Shown here: positions 42,096-54,455 of the stretch, one piece after another
Position numbering within the stretch: the first letter of the stretch is position 1
Layout: each line of letters begins with the position of its first letter
NCBI GenBank assembly: GCA_015680685.1
Contig: MNCI01002242.1
Coordinates: 62,001 to 126,000 of the forward strand
DNA: 64,000 nt
Reading direction: 5' to 3'
Source: Gnetum montanum
Lineage: Eukaryota; Plantae; Gnetophyta
Translations under genes and position numbers: made by a program
Notes under the pieces: generated by a model
Told to the model about the DNA's origin: nothing
Seen by the model: the letters and a program-made list of their open reading frames with translations, nothing else
The model's database searches: none

Positions 42096-42559
42096 GATTT
42101 TTGCCACCAAGACTAAAGAAACTTGAAAGTCTGAAGGATTTGGAGTAGCAACGTTGCCTAGGGAATAAATCTAAGCCAACCATGCTAAAGCTTGATGAGC
42201 CTTGAAGCAAGATTTCTACCAAAGCTCTAATCCAATGTTCTATGTGATGGAAGGAAAATGGTATGTATTATTTTTGGCAAAGCTTAACATAAAACCTAGA
42301 TCCAAAAGCTAAACACCTCTTCTCAGATCCCCTTTACCAATTTTGTGCACTAGGACTCATGGTGCACTAAAGTGTGAAGGGGGAAAAGTCTTATGAATGC
42401 TGGGAGTAGTGGGAGATAGCACAAAGTTTAAATTTTTAAATTTCTTGTGGTGGATCCCATCATATGCCTCCCATGCATGGTGTTCCACACTTGAAAACCT
42501 CACCAACACTAGGCTTTTAACCTCTTTGAATACCTAAAAACTATTTCAACCTTATTCTC

Positions 42560-45240
42560 CACTACATCCATGCTGGGAAGCATGGATCCAATGCTAATTC
42601 CATCTCCTTGGCCGCATGACCTTACCCGTTAACATTATTAGCAAATGTGACTAACATAGACAAATCCCAAACCCCAACAAGTGGTATGATATTGGCAAAG
42701 CTTATTACTTTGGGCATCAACGCTGGGGCTATGTTGTTCAACATGGCTCCAATGTTTCCCAAAGGGGGTAAGATCCATACCCATCCTCTAGTTCCTATCA
42801 AGCCCTAATCTGAGCTCTTGGTGTATCCACATGGTCCCAAACCCCTCCAATCACCCCCAATAGCCTCAAAACCTTGTCAAAACAAGTAGAAAGTGATCAA
42901 AACTTTTAGATATAGTTGATCTATGCTAAGGGAAGGTCCATCCATGCTTCCTATCATGGATCCAATGTGGATGGGTGGGGGTGACCTTAAATTGCTAAAA
43001 TTGACCATCTAGTTACCATGTTTTGACTCTAACACCCCTTATTAGCTGCTGGTAACATAGATTGGCTAAAATAACTTAGTTTTTACATCTAAAAATCCTC
43101 CCCATGTTGATGAACCCTCCATCCATGCTACATAGCATGGATCTAGCATGGGTTCCCTAGGGTATGCCATAAATCACTTTCCACAACTTTAAGCAGCCAT
43201 AAAATGAACTTTGATAGCCTAAATATGCTTCCATGATCTCTATTAGTCAACAGTTGTAAATATTTGAGCTAGTTTTTGCATATGAATCCTTTCCCATGCT
43301 AGTGAACCCCCATCCAAAATACCCAACATGGATCCAACATGGCTACTCTAGGGGTATGCCAAAATATTCTATTTTTGTAGTCAAAATAATCTTAAAACCT
43401 ACCCTAGTAACCTTACAACCCTACCGGAGCCTTCCAAAGCCTTTAGTTTCCACAAAATTTATCAGAGATGTCAAAATCCTATCATCCCCCTCTCATCCAC
43501 ATTGGGGTCATGTTGCCTAGTGTGTATAAAAGGGGGATTATTGCATGAGACACCAAGGAGCCTTCAAACTAGTGGATTTTGAAGCTAAATCTTGACCCTC
43601 TATCCCTATAGCCCCAACAACTTCAAAGCCCTATAAAATCTTGCCAAAAGTGGTCAAAAATTTGAATCCAAGTGGATCCATGCTAGGTAAACCTAATCCA
43701 CACTACCCAGCATGGATGAAGGGTTTATGGTCAAAACTCTCATGATTTGCACTAAAATTGACATGTGCTAGCTTTCTTACCCTCTCAGAGACTTTCATAG
43801 CCAAAACTTAATAAAAATCCACTTCATTTCATGATCACTCTTACTCCCATGTTGGTAACCCCCCTCACCCATCCTAGCCAACGTGGATCTAGCATGGATA
43901 CTAAAGAGGTGACCCATTGGAAGCCCATAAACACCTCAAAATGACACCAGATGGCCTTACATGCACCTTAGAACCCTATTAGCATCTCCCAAAGCTCTTA
44001 GACTATACAAAACTAATCAAAAATAGTCAAAGCTAATCCCCTTGGATTATTTATGTTGGCCAATGTATACCTAACATGGATCTAATGGGGTAACCTCCAA
44101 AACCACTTAGAAACCCTCAAAATGACTAAGTTATGATCTCAAACCCTATCCCTTGATATTGGTGACCCTAGAAGCTAACATGCATGGTCGATTTTCTAAT
44201 AAACAGAACTAGATCTAACATTTTTAATCTATCCACATTAGGGAGGCCTGATCCATACTAGGAAGTGTGAATCCATCATGGATGAGATGCCTTTCCACTT
44301 TTGGTAGCAAACTGACACCCCCAAAGATTAAAAACCTACACTAGCAAAGCCTATAACCTCATAGCCTTGATTTTGTACTAGTTTGACCTCATGTTGGCCT
44401 TAAAACATACCAAGTCCCCTCATCCACATTGGATCCATGCTGCCCAGCATGGATAAGTGGGGATGACCATGCATGACCCTGAATAGCCTTAAAACCTAGC
44501 CATATTTGACTGAAAACTAGAGAAATAACTATTTCTGGCACTAGTAGCCTAAAACGTAGTTGATTTGCTCCTGAAACCTTCTTAGAACCAAAAAGCAAGA
44601 GCACCCCTAGCCATCCATGCTAGCTAGCATGGATCCAGCATGGATACTTTCTTGAACACTATTTAATGTTCAAAACCCTTGTGAAGTGACCTCAAAACTT
44701 GGTTTGGGAGTGCACAACTATAGAAACTTAGTTCTAGCTATAATCCAACCTTGTTTGAACCAATTATAGCTTAGATCTAGATCAGCCTCCTTGAGCCTCC
44801 TTCCATCCTTGTTGGCTAGTGTGGATACAGGGCGTAGAACCTTAAAACCTACTTTTTGGTAATTTTTGACCTCCAAAATGATAAATCTTGGTAGATCTAC
44901 CCTACCCTACCTTGGGAAGGCCCTAGAATTATAATTTTGATCCTTTGAATGGCATGTAATCCATTTTCATTGGTATCCATGTTGGGGCCATGCTGCTCAA
45001 TGTGGGTGGCACTTTTAGACTTCAACAAGGGTTTCCAAGGATTGAAATGGATGTCAAAACTATTCTATTTTCTTCCTTGGTCCACTTTGCTAACATGCAA
45101 GTCACCAAGAGTTGAAAACTAATCAAACAAAGCTTGGGAAACCATCTAAATGTCTCATCCACATTAGGGGTCATCCCATCCATGCTGGCTAGCATAGATC
45201 TAGTGTGGGCCGAGCATGAGTCTAGTGTGGATGCTCCAAA
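42560..45240. repeat. array of ~15 palindromic ATCCA(C)GCTGG..CCAGC(G)TGGAT units, mean period ~187 bp
   Basis: Units near 42566, 42729, 42940, 43121, 43312, 43506, 43696, 43867, 44049, 44251, 44433, 44613, 44805, 44987 and 45178. Confidence 0.85.
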
Positions 45241-45932
45241 AACCTTACTTTTTCAACTCAAACAACATAAGAAAAACCCTAATTAATGCTTGAACTCATC
45301 TAGCATCTTGATAGCCTTAAACCATTACTTGCTAAGGCCTAAAACTGACAAAATATAACCCTTTTTTTTATCAATATTAGCCAATTTTTATCACATTCAT
45401 TCCATTATTCTTGATTTGACCTTATCTCATAGTGTATCAACTTGTTTTTGGCCCTTTTTTCACTATTGACACTCTTGGCCATCATATGGTCCCTATAGGG
45501 CTTTATGTTTCCCTAGATTCATTTTATTCTCTTTATCATGACCTTTGTAAAATCTTGTTTTTCCTTTGATTGGTTTTAAATGGTGGGGTTTGACCTTCCT
45601 TGACCACCATTTCACACAATATAGCCCTAGTATGATAAGGCGAAAAACTAACACTATGGCTTGCCAAGGGCTAAAATAGCAAGATCATGATCTTTGTTGA
45701 CCATTTTTGGCCTTATTTCTCATCCTTCACCTTGTTACACCCTATTGTACCTTTTTTGGCCTTTTTTTAGCCCTTGTTCCATTCTGTTTATTTCTATCTC
45801 CTTATAGCCTTGAATGACCTTGTTTGCATTGTATTTAGCATTAGAATGTTTTTGCATGATTTCATATCTTTTTAACATTATTTATGTATTTTTACCCAAG
45901 TTCCACTTAATATGCTTTTAGTTGACATGTAG

Positions 45933-48900
45933 GATTAAAGTATGAGTACCTAGAAGAAAATTAGTTTGCCTTTATGCCTACATGGATCCCATGGTGATAT
46001 TGAGTAGTGTGTTAACCTTAATTGCCTAGATCTTGAGCTTGAGAGTCTTATCAATCACATAGCCTCTATTAAGAAAACTCTTGAATAGCCTAAAAATCTA
46101 GTTAAGACCCTTGACCTTGAGGCTAAAAACATTACTAAAGACTCTCTAGTTGAGGTTTCCATCATGACACAGTGATGAGTAGAAAACCCTAAAACTAAGT
46201 TTCTCACTAGAATCTCAATAGGATCAAGACATCACCAAGGTCCTACAAGATAACATTAAGGTCTTTTCTTAGTCATATGAAGATATGTTAGGTCTTGAGC
46301 CATGTTTAGTCCAACACAATATCATACTTAACCCTAGATTAGACCTGGTTTGGCCCTAGCAGTCCATGATGAAATCACAAAGTTATACCAAGCTAGTTTC
46401 ATTAGAGCTGTTGATTATGTAAATGGGTATCCAACATAGTGGTAGTTCCTAAGAAAAATGAAAGTATTCACATTTGCATCAATTTCTAAGATCTAAATAA
46501 GGCAACCATCCAAGATGAATTTCCTTTACCTAGTATTAATCAACCTATCAATACCACAGTTGAGCATGCCTTATTGTCCTTCATGGATGGGTTCTTAGGA
46601 TACAACTAGATTAGGATCAACCCAAAACATCAACTTAGCACAACCTTCATGGCCCCTTGGGGTATTTTTTGCTATACAGTGATTCCTTTGGCCTTAAGAA
46701 TGTAGGAGCAACCTACCAAAGAGCCATGACATACATCTTTAGTGATAACATGCTAGGTTTGCTCAACAATTACTTAGTCAATATAGCCATTAAGTCTAAT
46801 CTAGTGAAAAAAAATGCTAATAACCTAGATCTTGTGCTTAAATAATTCCTTAAATATGAGCTTAGGCTCAATCCCAAAAAGTGTGTTTTCAATGTCAAGA
46901 CCAATAGGATGCTTGGCTTTGTAGTATCTAAAGTGGGACTACATGTCAATCTTGATAAGGTTAAGGCCATATCCAACTTGGCAGCACCTACTAACCTTAA
47001 GGTGATTTTGGGACAACAAGGCAAATTATAATTTATTCATAGGTTTATCACTAGGCTTATAGACAAGTTACAACCCATGCAGCACTTGCTTAAGAAAGGG
47101 GTTCACTATGAGTGGATAGCTCCATGCCAAGAGGCCTTTGAAAACCTTAAGCAAGAGTTGGCACAACTACCAATAGTCTATCCTTTGCAAGAGGGTAAAT
47201 CATTTCACATCTACCTTGCTATCTCTAACATGTCTATTGGCTCTCTAGTCTATCAAAAATGAGAAGATGGAGAAACATTAGCTCTATACTACCTTAGCCA
47301 TGCATTAGTTTCCCATGAAACATAATTCACTAAAGTGGAGAAGTATTGTCTGGCACTAGTCTTCTCATTAAAGAAGTGGAGAAACTAGCTCTTTAGAAGC
47401 TAGATCAATGTCATTTACTAAGATAACATGATTAGAGCCATAATGACCAACATTTATGAGAGCAACTATATAGCCTAATGGAAAGCCATAGCAGTGGAGT
47501 TTGGCCTTCATTACATCTCTCAGCTCTTAATGAAAGCTTAAGATATATCTATACAACTCACTATTTTGCTTGTTGATGAATAAGAAACCATAGATCTTGA
47601 GTTCCTTGATGAACATGTTAACACCATTAGCCAAGTTCCTGGGGGCTATGAGGTGGTCATGCACTTTGATAGAGCTTCAATTGCCCATGGAACCAGTGCC
47701 ACTACTATCGTAACATTCCCATCTAGTGAAATCCAACCCTCTGCCTATCATTTTGAATTTCCATTCACCAACAACATCGCGGAGTATGAAGGTTTGATCA
47801 AATGGATGATGGCAGCTCATGACATAGGTATCAAATGTTGAATGATCAAGGATGATTCACAACTTCTGGTCAACCAAGTAACTGAGGTTTATGCATGCAA
47901 GGCTAAATATTTACAACCTTATTGTGACATACGGAAGTAATTATTACAACAATTTAGATAAGTTGACATCCAACATATACCTCAAAACAAAAATGCTATA
48001 GCTAATGCAATTACAATGCTAGCCCTTAGTGTGACACCAAATGTGTCTAGCAAGTTTTCCAACTTGGCCATGAACTGTGTTGTTCCCATCATGTAGAGCA
48101 TTAAGGATACCTTTGTGGCCATAGTTCATACTACTCCTACAAGGGAGTGGTATCTAATATCAGATTTTACCTTATGCACAATGAACCTTCACAAGGCCTA
48201 ACTATTGCTCAAAGGGATGCTGTATGTAAATGATCAAAATAGTATGTCATTGTAGGTGATAATACATTATGTCAATAGTCCTATGATGACATATTTTTAG
48301 TGTTCTTGGGTACAATAGAAGCCCAAATAGTCCTAGAGCAAGTTCATGAAGGTTTCTATGGAGGACATATAGGAGTTAGAGCTATGGCTACTAAGATTAG
48401 ACAATTAGGCTATTACTAGTCCTATATGGAAAGCAACTGTCTAAAGAATGTTAAAACTTGTGATACATGCCAATAACAGAGCAATCTCATACATGTACCA
48501 TCAACTGAGTTTCACACTACTCAAATAACCTAGTCATTTCAACGATGGGTGTTGGATATCATTAGATCAATAACACCTAAGTCCTTTCTAGGACATAGCT
48601 TTATCATGAAAGTAACTGAATATTTCACAAAGTGGGTTGAAGCTATTCCCCTGAAAAAGACTACATCCAAACAATTTTGTATATTCATACTTGACAACAT
48701 AGTAGCCCATTTTGATATACCTATGATGATAGTCACTCATAATGGACTACAATTTAGTAGCTAAGAAACAAGGAATTTCTATCACGACCTCGGCATTAAG
48801 TACTTTTTCTCATCAACATATTACCCTTAGGCCAATGGACAAGCTAAAGCAAGTAATAAGGCCATCATCAACTTTCTCAAAAAGATGTTGAAAAATAGCA

Positions 48901-49388
48901 AACGCAAGTTGCATGAGCAGCTTATCCATGCACTTTGGGCCTATAGAACAATCTATCATACAAGAACCAATGTAACTTCTTATAGCCTAGTTTATGGTTC
49001 TAAAGTTGTTTTATCTCTTGAATTGAAGGTGTCTTCCCTCCAAGTAGCCTTATTTGACTTCATCAATGATGAACAACACAAGAAGCTATAGACCATGGAC
49101 CCCAACTTAGTGGAGGAGCAATGGGTGGGAACACTTGCTCACATTGAGTAGTATCAAGAGAGGTAGAAATAGTAACACAATCATAACTTGACTAAGCGTA
49201 AGATCAAGGAAGGTTACCTAGTCCTCAAATCCATGTGTGAGCATGCAAATAAATCCTCAACCAACTAGGAAGATCCCTTCTTGGTCACTAGAGCCTATGG
49301 CATCAAAGCATTTAAGATCATAGACATGAATGGGAATGAGTTGGTTAATTTGATTAATCATTCCTATCTAAAGTCTTACTACATGTAG
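45933..49388 (+). pseudogene. pol pseudogene (RT-RNaseH-archaeal-type RNaseH-integrase) of Tat copy 3
   Basis: VFS*SYEDMLGL; LSFMDGFLGYN*I; FGLKNVGATYQRAM. aRH MHFDRAS...TNNIAEYEGL...DSQLLVNQV (47650-48030). INT YFTKWVEAIPL...ALWAYRT, ending LKSYYM*. Confidence 0.92.
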
Positions 49389-49419
49389 CTTACTAGAACT
49401 GCTAGCCAATGGTCAACAT

Positions 49420-49570
49420 CGATCACCTGTCGAGGCCTTAAACTAGTAAGATGGCCTGCTAGGACCTAAAACTAATGAAATTATGATATGCTAAGACCTC
49501 AAACTTACACTATGACTTGCCAGGGCCTTAAACTGACATCATGGTTCATCATGACCTTAAATTGGCAACC
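49420..49570 (+). repeat. five ~29-32-bp tandem units, consensus ATGGCC(C/T)GCCANGGCCT(A/T)AAACTGGCA
   Basis: The same unit clusters at 3535-3625, 19095-19245, 22215-22580, 23280-23360, 36600-36735 and 45325-45685. Confidence 0.8.
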
Positions 49571-50048
49571 TTGGTGATCTTGGTAGCTTGTCTTTATTCA
49601 TCATTCTATGTGTCCATATGCATTGTAACATGAAAACGTGTTTTCTTTGTTGTTTTTTCTTGTCCTCTTAGATTTGTGCTTGTAGGATGAAGCCTAGAGT
49701 CATCATTAAGGTGCAACTCATCATGGTAGGAAGTCACCACGTAACCTCAAAGCACAAGATTTAGTGAGTTTGTCCTATTGTTCCAAGAGTGCTTGTCTCA
49801 TTTCCATTCTCACTATCAATTCTTTGAACCCAACCCCATAACCTTATTATAGCCTTACCCTAAATTGCAATGTTAACCTAGCTTTAGCATGCATGCATTA
49901 TGGCCTTAACACATCCCTTTGTCATGCTTCATCATCAAGTCCATTGAACGTAATACATCTCATTCAACTGGAAAACCACTAAGTCCATCAAGTATAACAC
50001 ATCTAATTTGATCAAAAAGCCATTAAGTCTGTTGGAATTAGCACACCT

Positions 50049-51629
50049 TGAAACACCGTAGAAATTGTGAATCGGCCTTAGGCGAAGATTCATGATTCGA
50101 GCAAAGGTTCGCGACAGAAATCCAGAAGACAAAGCAGGGTAAAGAGGTGCGTAGTATCAAGTCTCCAAGTTCCTTATAGATGTCAATCTTATTGAGTTTT
50201 CTTTCTTTACGCTACATTACGCAACATAGCGTAGTGTCGCTCAGCGTGAATTTGTTTAACATAGCCTGATAGCAGAAAGTAACTTACTTCGGCAATTTTG
50301 ATGCAGTTTAAAATTTAAGACTTGTCGCATATTCTGCTAAGTCTTTTGTTCAGGGCTGAGTTTACGCTCCGTTACGTAGAGCAGTATAACGAGCTTCAAG
50401 AAAAATGAAGTCAGAGTCAAAGGAAGCGCGGCAGATTGATTTCTTCTTTTTTTCAGATTGGTAGCTTTACACTCATTACGCTAAGTAGCATAGACAAGCG
50501 TAACTTATTGTAAATTTAACCATTTTTATGCTCTATTACGCTTTGCGGCGTGAATGAGCGTAAAACAGCTTGAATCAACTACTTCCATGCTCTATTACGC
50601 TCTGCCACGCATCTAAGCGTAAATAAGTGTAATACAGCGTAAAGCCGGCTAAAGCAGTATCAGATATGCATCTGCTATCCACACGCACAATACGCTGATG
50701 AGCGTATTATGCGTAATCATGAAGCAGCTTTGGCGGAAGTGGTCGACAGCGTACTTTGCCCCCCTTCCCAAAAACGTGACGCGACATGACCAATTTCAAC
50801 ATAAAGTTTACCAAGTCAATGGTATTTTGAAGGTTCGAGACACGTGTCATCAGGGACGTGCCTTCTCCACATGTTGTCGAACTTATAAATACTCTAGTTG
50901 ACGAAGAAACAAGGGCTGGCATTTTTCGACTTTTGGTAGTTATCATCTTGGAGCAAAGACAGGAGGCATCTTTGAGCATTGGCAGTAGGAGCGATCACTT
51001 CTTTTTGGAAAAAATACAGTTCTCCCCATTAGTGATCATTGGCAGCTTTGAGCAGAGACTACCAAGGGCAAAGGAAATAGATCAGAGATCGAGCGATCAT
51101 CTGGTATGGTTGGCAAGATCGATCGATCAGAAACAGTTGATCGATAAACATCAAGGCTTGACCTTCCTTGCAACCCATCTTTGGCTTACGAGGTTGACCG
51201 AGCTTCATTCTGTACTCCTTGTTGAATAGTTTTCTTGTTATTTTATGTATGTTTCGCATAAGATAATCGGAGTTTTTCCATTGGAACTTTGTATACAATA
51301 TACTCAGTTTTTCGGGTCAAAGCGTAGATCTTGGGATTGCGCATTTTTCTTAAATCCGATTCTCCTTGTCGTGATAATGTTGTCATTATTGCAATTTATC
51401 TACATTTTTTTCTTCTCCTTTGGCGATTCATCGAATTAGATTGTTTCACAGAATATCTATAATATTCGTCGATTTACTGATTGAGTAAGTCCCTGTCTGA
51501 TCGACAAGACCGTTCAGGGCACCGCAGATTCATTTTTTCCAGCATGGCCCTCGCACAGATCCGTGGTTAAGACTGTGTACACAGGTTTCATTCGGTATTT
51601 TCCAGCGGTCGACATTTTCCATCATTACA
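50049..51629 (+). mobile_element. young solo LTR of a related Tat family
   Basis: TGAAACACC...attaCA with perfect 5-bp TSD CACCT (50044-50048, 51630-51634). CpG-rich, with TATA box cttataaata at ~50882. Termini resemble the host LTR. Confidence 0.92.
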
Positions 51630-52117
51630 CACCTCATCTAGTAAGAAAACCATGTTAGAATTAGCCTTGGTAAAGAAACCCAATGAAGGTTTCACCCCAT
51701 AAATGCAAAAGAAATGGAGGAGCAAACTACCAAGAAGTTGAATGATCCATGAAGACCAAATACCTAAACTAGCAGCTCCAAACATGTAAAAGAAGGATCC
51801 TAATGGCCAAAGAAACCTTGAAACAAGGTGCTAGATCTTCAAATGCATTTGCCAAGTTACTAACATCTCAAACCACCAATAGACTAACATGTTGGTGCTA
51901 TAACCATGATGTCAACATTTGGAATGCATTGTTAGCCCTCATAAACATTTCCCTATGACCTTATTACCACTTCCTGATCATACCCTTGTCCCATCATCAA
52001 AAGCACTCTTTGGCATGATTTGACATGATTGAATCAAGCATGGAAAAGGATCGTTAGTGGTGGACCTATAGTGGTGTTTTGTATTCTTTGTCAATGCCTC
52101 TCGAGTTAATCCTCCAA

Positions 52118-53537
52118 TGAAACACCACAAAATTTGCATATAGTAACCTTTGTAACCTCATCCCTTGAAATCTGAGGCTAAACTTCATTGTAAATATGAA
52201 GATTGTAATCCATAAGGTGTAATCTCACATACTTTATACTTTTAGGTCTAAAGAAAATGCCTCATAAGTCACTAAAGCCTCATCCCCCAAGTGAAAAAAG
52301 TCATACAATATCTATATTTAGGCTTAAGAGGGTTAAAATGCCTTTTGGAATGCCAAGATTGGTATTTTGATGGGTTTTATGGGGGGTATAGCATTTTCTA
52401 CACTAGAGACACCTACATGGGGGTATGACTCACCTACCCCCAATGTGGAGGGGTGTGATAGCATTAATGCCAAGCATGGAGTTTGGCATCATTCATGCCC
52501 AGTGTGGAGGGTATAAACCTTACCCCCCAGTGTTGATCCAACATGACCAAGATCTCAACACAGCATCAACTCTAGCGAGGATCTTGTACATCAACATTGT
52601 TGTTGGCAGGTCCAATGTGGATGAAAAGATCCAGCATGGGTGAAATTCTCATTTACTATTTTTAGTAAATGGAATGGTTTTGATGTCATGGGGGTATAAC
52701 ACTTATCCCATATAGTAGCCCCCCTTGATTTTCATACCGAACACACCTGCACGTAGCTAGAATTTTCATCAATCAAGTTAAAATTTGTAGCATCAATTCA
52801 ACATAATTTGCAACAAGATTTATGGCCAAAAACCCTATAAAACTTAAGCCCATGCACCATGAAATGGTTCAATACTTTTGGCATTTTGTATACATTGGCA
52901 TTTTGGACACTTGAGAGCTCTTACAACCTTGTAAAAATGTAGCTTCTCAAACCCCTCAGCATGGAACCCCCATAGCTTGTTATCCCTCCTTGAGATTTGT
53001 GAACCTTTGATATCTATGCTAAGATCCTAGGAACCACAACTCTCAACATTGCTTACTCTAATAGCCTAATTTCCTCACACCTCTCATCCCCCCACATCAA
53101 TAATGCAATAGATCTAATGTGGTAGCAGTGAAGGTTCAAAAGTATTGAAAGTGGAAGGACTTCCAAATCATGGATTTGATGGTAGTAGCTTTATTAGACC
53201 CTGAGCCCCCATGGAAGTGAAACCCCCTTGCTACAATAGGCCATCCTCTACACATTTTCTATACCTTTTTTATTTTTCTAAAATAAAGTTTGCAGTTCCA
53301 TTTGTGTACAAGCTTCATTCATTAGTTTTATTTTGGTGTAATTTTCATTTAGACTTGTATTCCATGTTTGCATTTTTGTTACACCATTTTGCATCTTGTA
53401 AGTCCCTAGGTGATTTGCTAGATCATCCAAGATACCATAGATTTTATTTTTCTTGGGGAGGCTCTAGAGATTTGAGGTCAAAAGCTATGGACACTGGGAG
53501 TTAGTTTCTCCAACAACTAATATTTTCAGTCACAACA
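52118..53537 (+). repeat. 3' LTR of Tat copy 3
   Basis: Direct repeat of 31222-32156. TATA-like cctataaaa at ~52833. The PPT appears deleted relative to copy 1. Confidence 0.9.
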
Positions 53538-54455
53538 AGATTTGTTCTTAAATCTCATGAAATTTTTCTTCATATCAATAAATCTGTAATACCATCAAGA
53601 TCTAGTATGGAGACTTTTGAAACCAAAGCCTTCAATTAGTAGTATCTTATAATAATAGATAAAATTTTAAGATTTTCAATATAGATATCAACATAGGACA
53701 ATAATTTTCCTTTGGATGTTGAACACAAGAATTCTTTTATCATAACTTATCTATTGTGAATAGAATGGTATTCTTACTTTGAGGAGTTTAGGATCAATTA
53801 GCTTCTTGTAGAAATGCATTCATGAATTTCCCAAGATAGAATGCAGTAGCAACTTATGCACTAAGAATCATTTGTAGCACTTCTAAGATCAAGTATGAAG
53901 ACATTTCAAAATCAAAGTCTTCTATTAGTAATATCCATGATTCAAATATATATAGTAGATAATTCACAAGGAAATCCCTTTGAAATGATGCTTTTATTAC
54001 AAGATTCATGAATTACATATAAGGATCCAAACTCAAATGGTCTTATCACCAATAAAAAACCTTTAAAAATGGTTTGAACTTTTATGATAGCATTAGAATC
54101 TAATAAGTAATGTAGATCATAAAGATATGAGTTGTATCACAAGACATATATAATCTATTTAATGACCAAACTTACCTAATATTACCTTCTATATTCTTGG
54201 TTCTTGTTTATTAACCCTTAAGTAAATCAATTTAATGTTCATTAAATTCATTTTTCTTCATCTGTAACTTAATACCTTATAAAAACAAGTGTGGATTTCT
54301 TTAGATAAACAAATATTTATAGTAACATCCATTCAAAAATTTGCTAGCCACTAGTATTTGTAAATATAAACAAATTTTAAAAAATCAACATGTCAACAAA
54401 AATTATAAACCTACTTACCATTACATATCTTGCTTGCATCTAGGAATGATCATGA

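Larger units (their letters stand above)
36289..45932 (+). other. candidate 9.6-kb PR-RT intron of copy 3
   Basis: Donor-like AA|GTAATG at 36289. Long T-rich tract and acceptor gttgacatgtAG|G at 45932, directly before pol. Confidence 0.6.
31222..53537 (+). mobile_element. full-length Tat/Ogre-like LTR retrotransposon, copy 3 (degenerate, formerly autonomous)
   Basis: LTRs start TGAAACACC (31222, 52118) and the element ends gtcacaaCA (53537). TSD AGATG/AGATT. Domain order gag-PR...RT-RH-aRH-INT. Confidence 0.9.

Noticed and set aside
42560-45240. CRISPR-like repeat-spacer array
   Set aside because: Repeats are degenerate, spacers are ~150 bp, there are no cas genes, and the context is a eukaryotic retroelement.
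49420-49570. hammerhead ribozyme (retrozyme-like) in the 29-bp repeats
   Set aside because: No CTGANGA/GAAA core arrangement is visible.
50698-51439. ORFs within the CpG-rich segment as a host gene or foreign DNA
   Set aside because: The segment is bounded by TG..CA and a perfect TSD and has LTR architecture. The ORFs have no recognisable domain.
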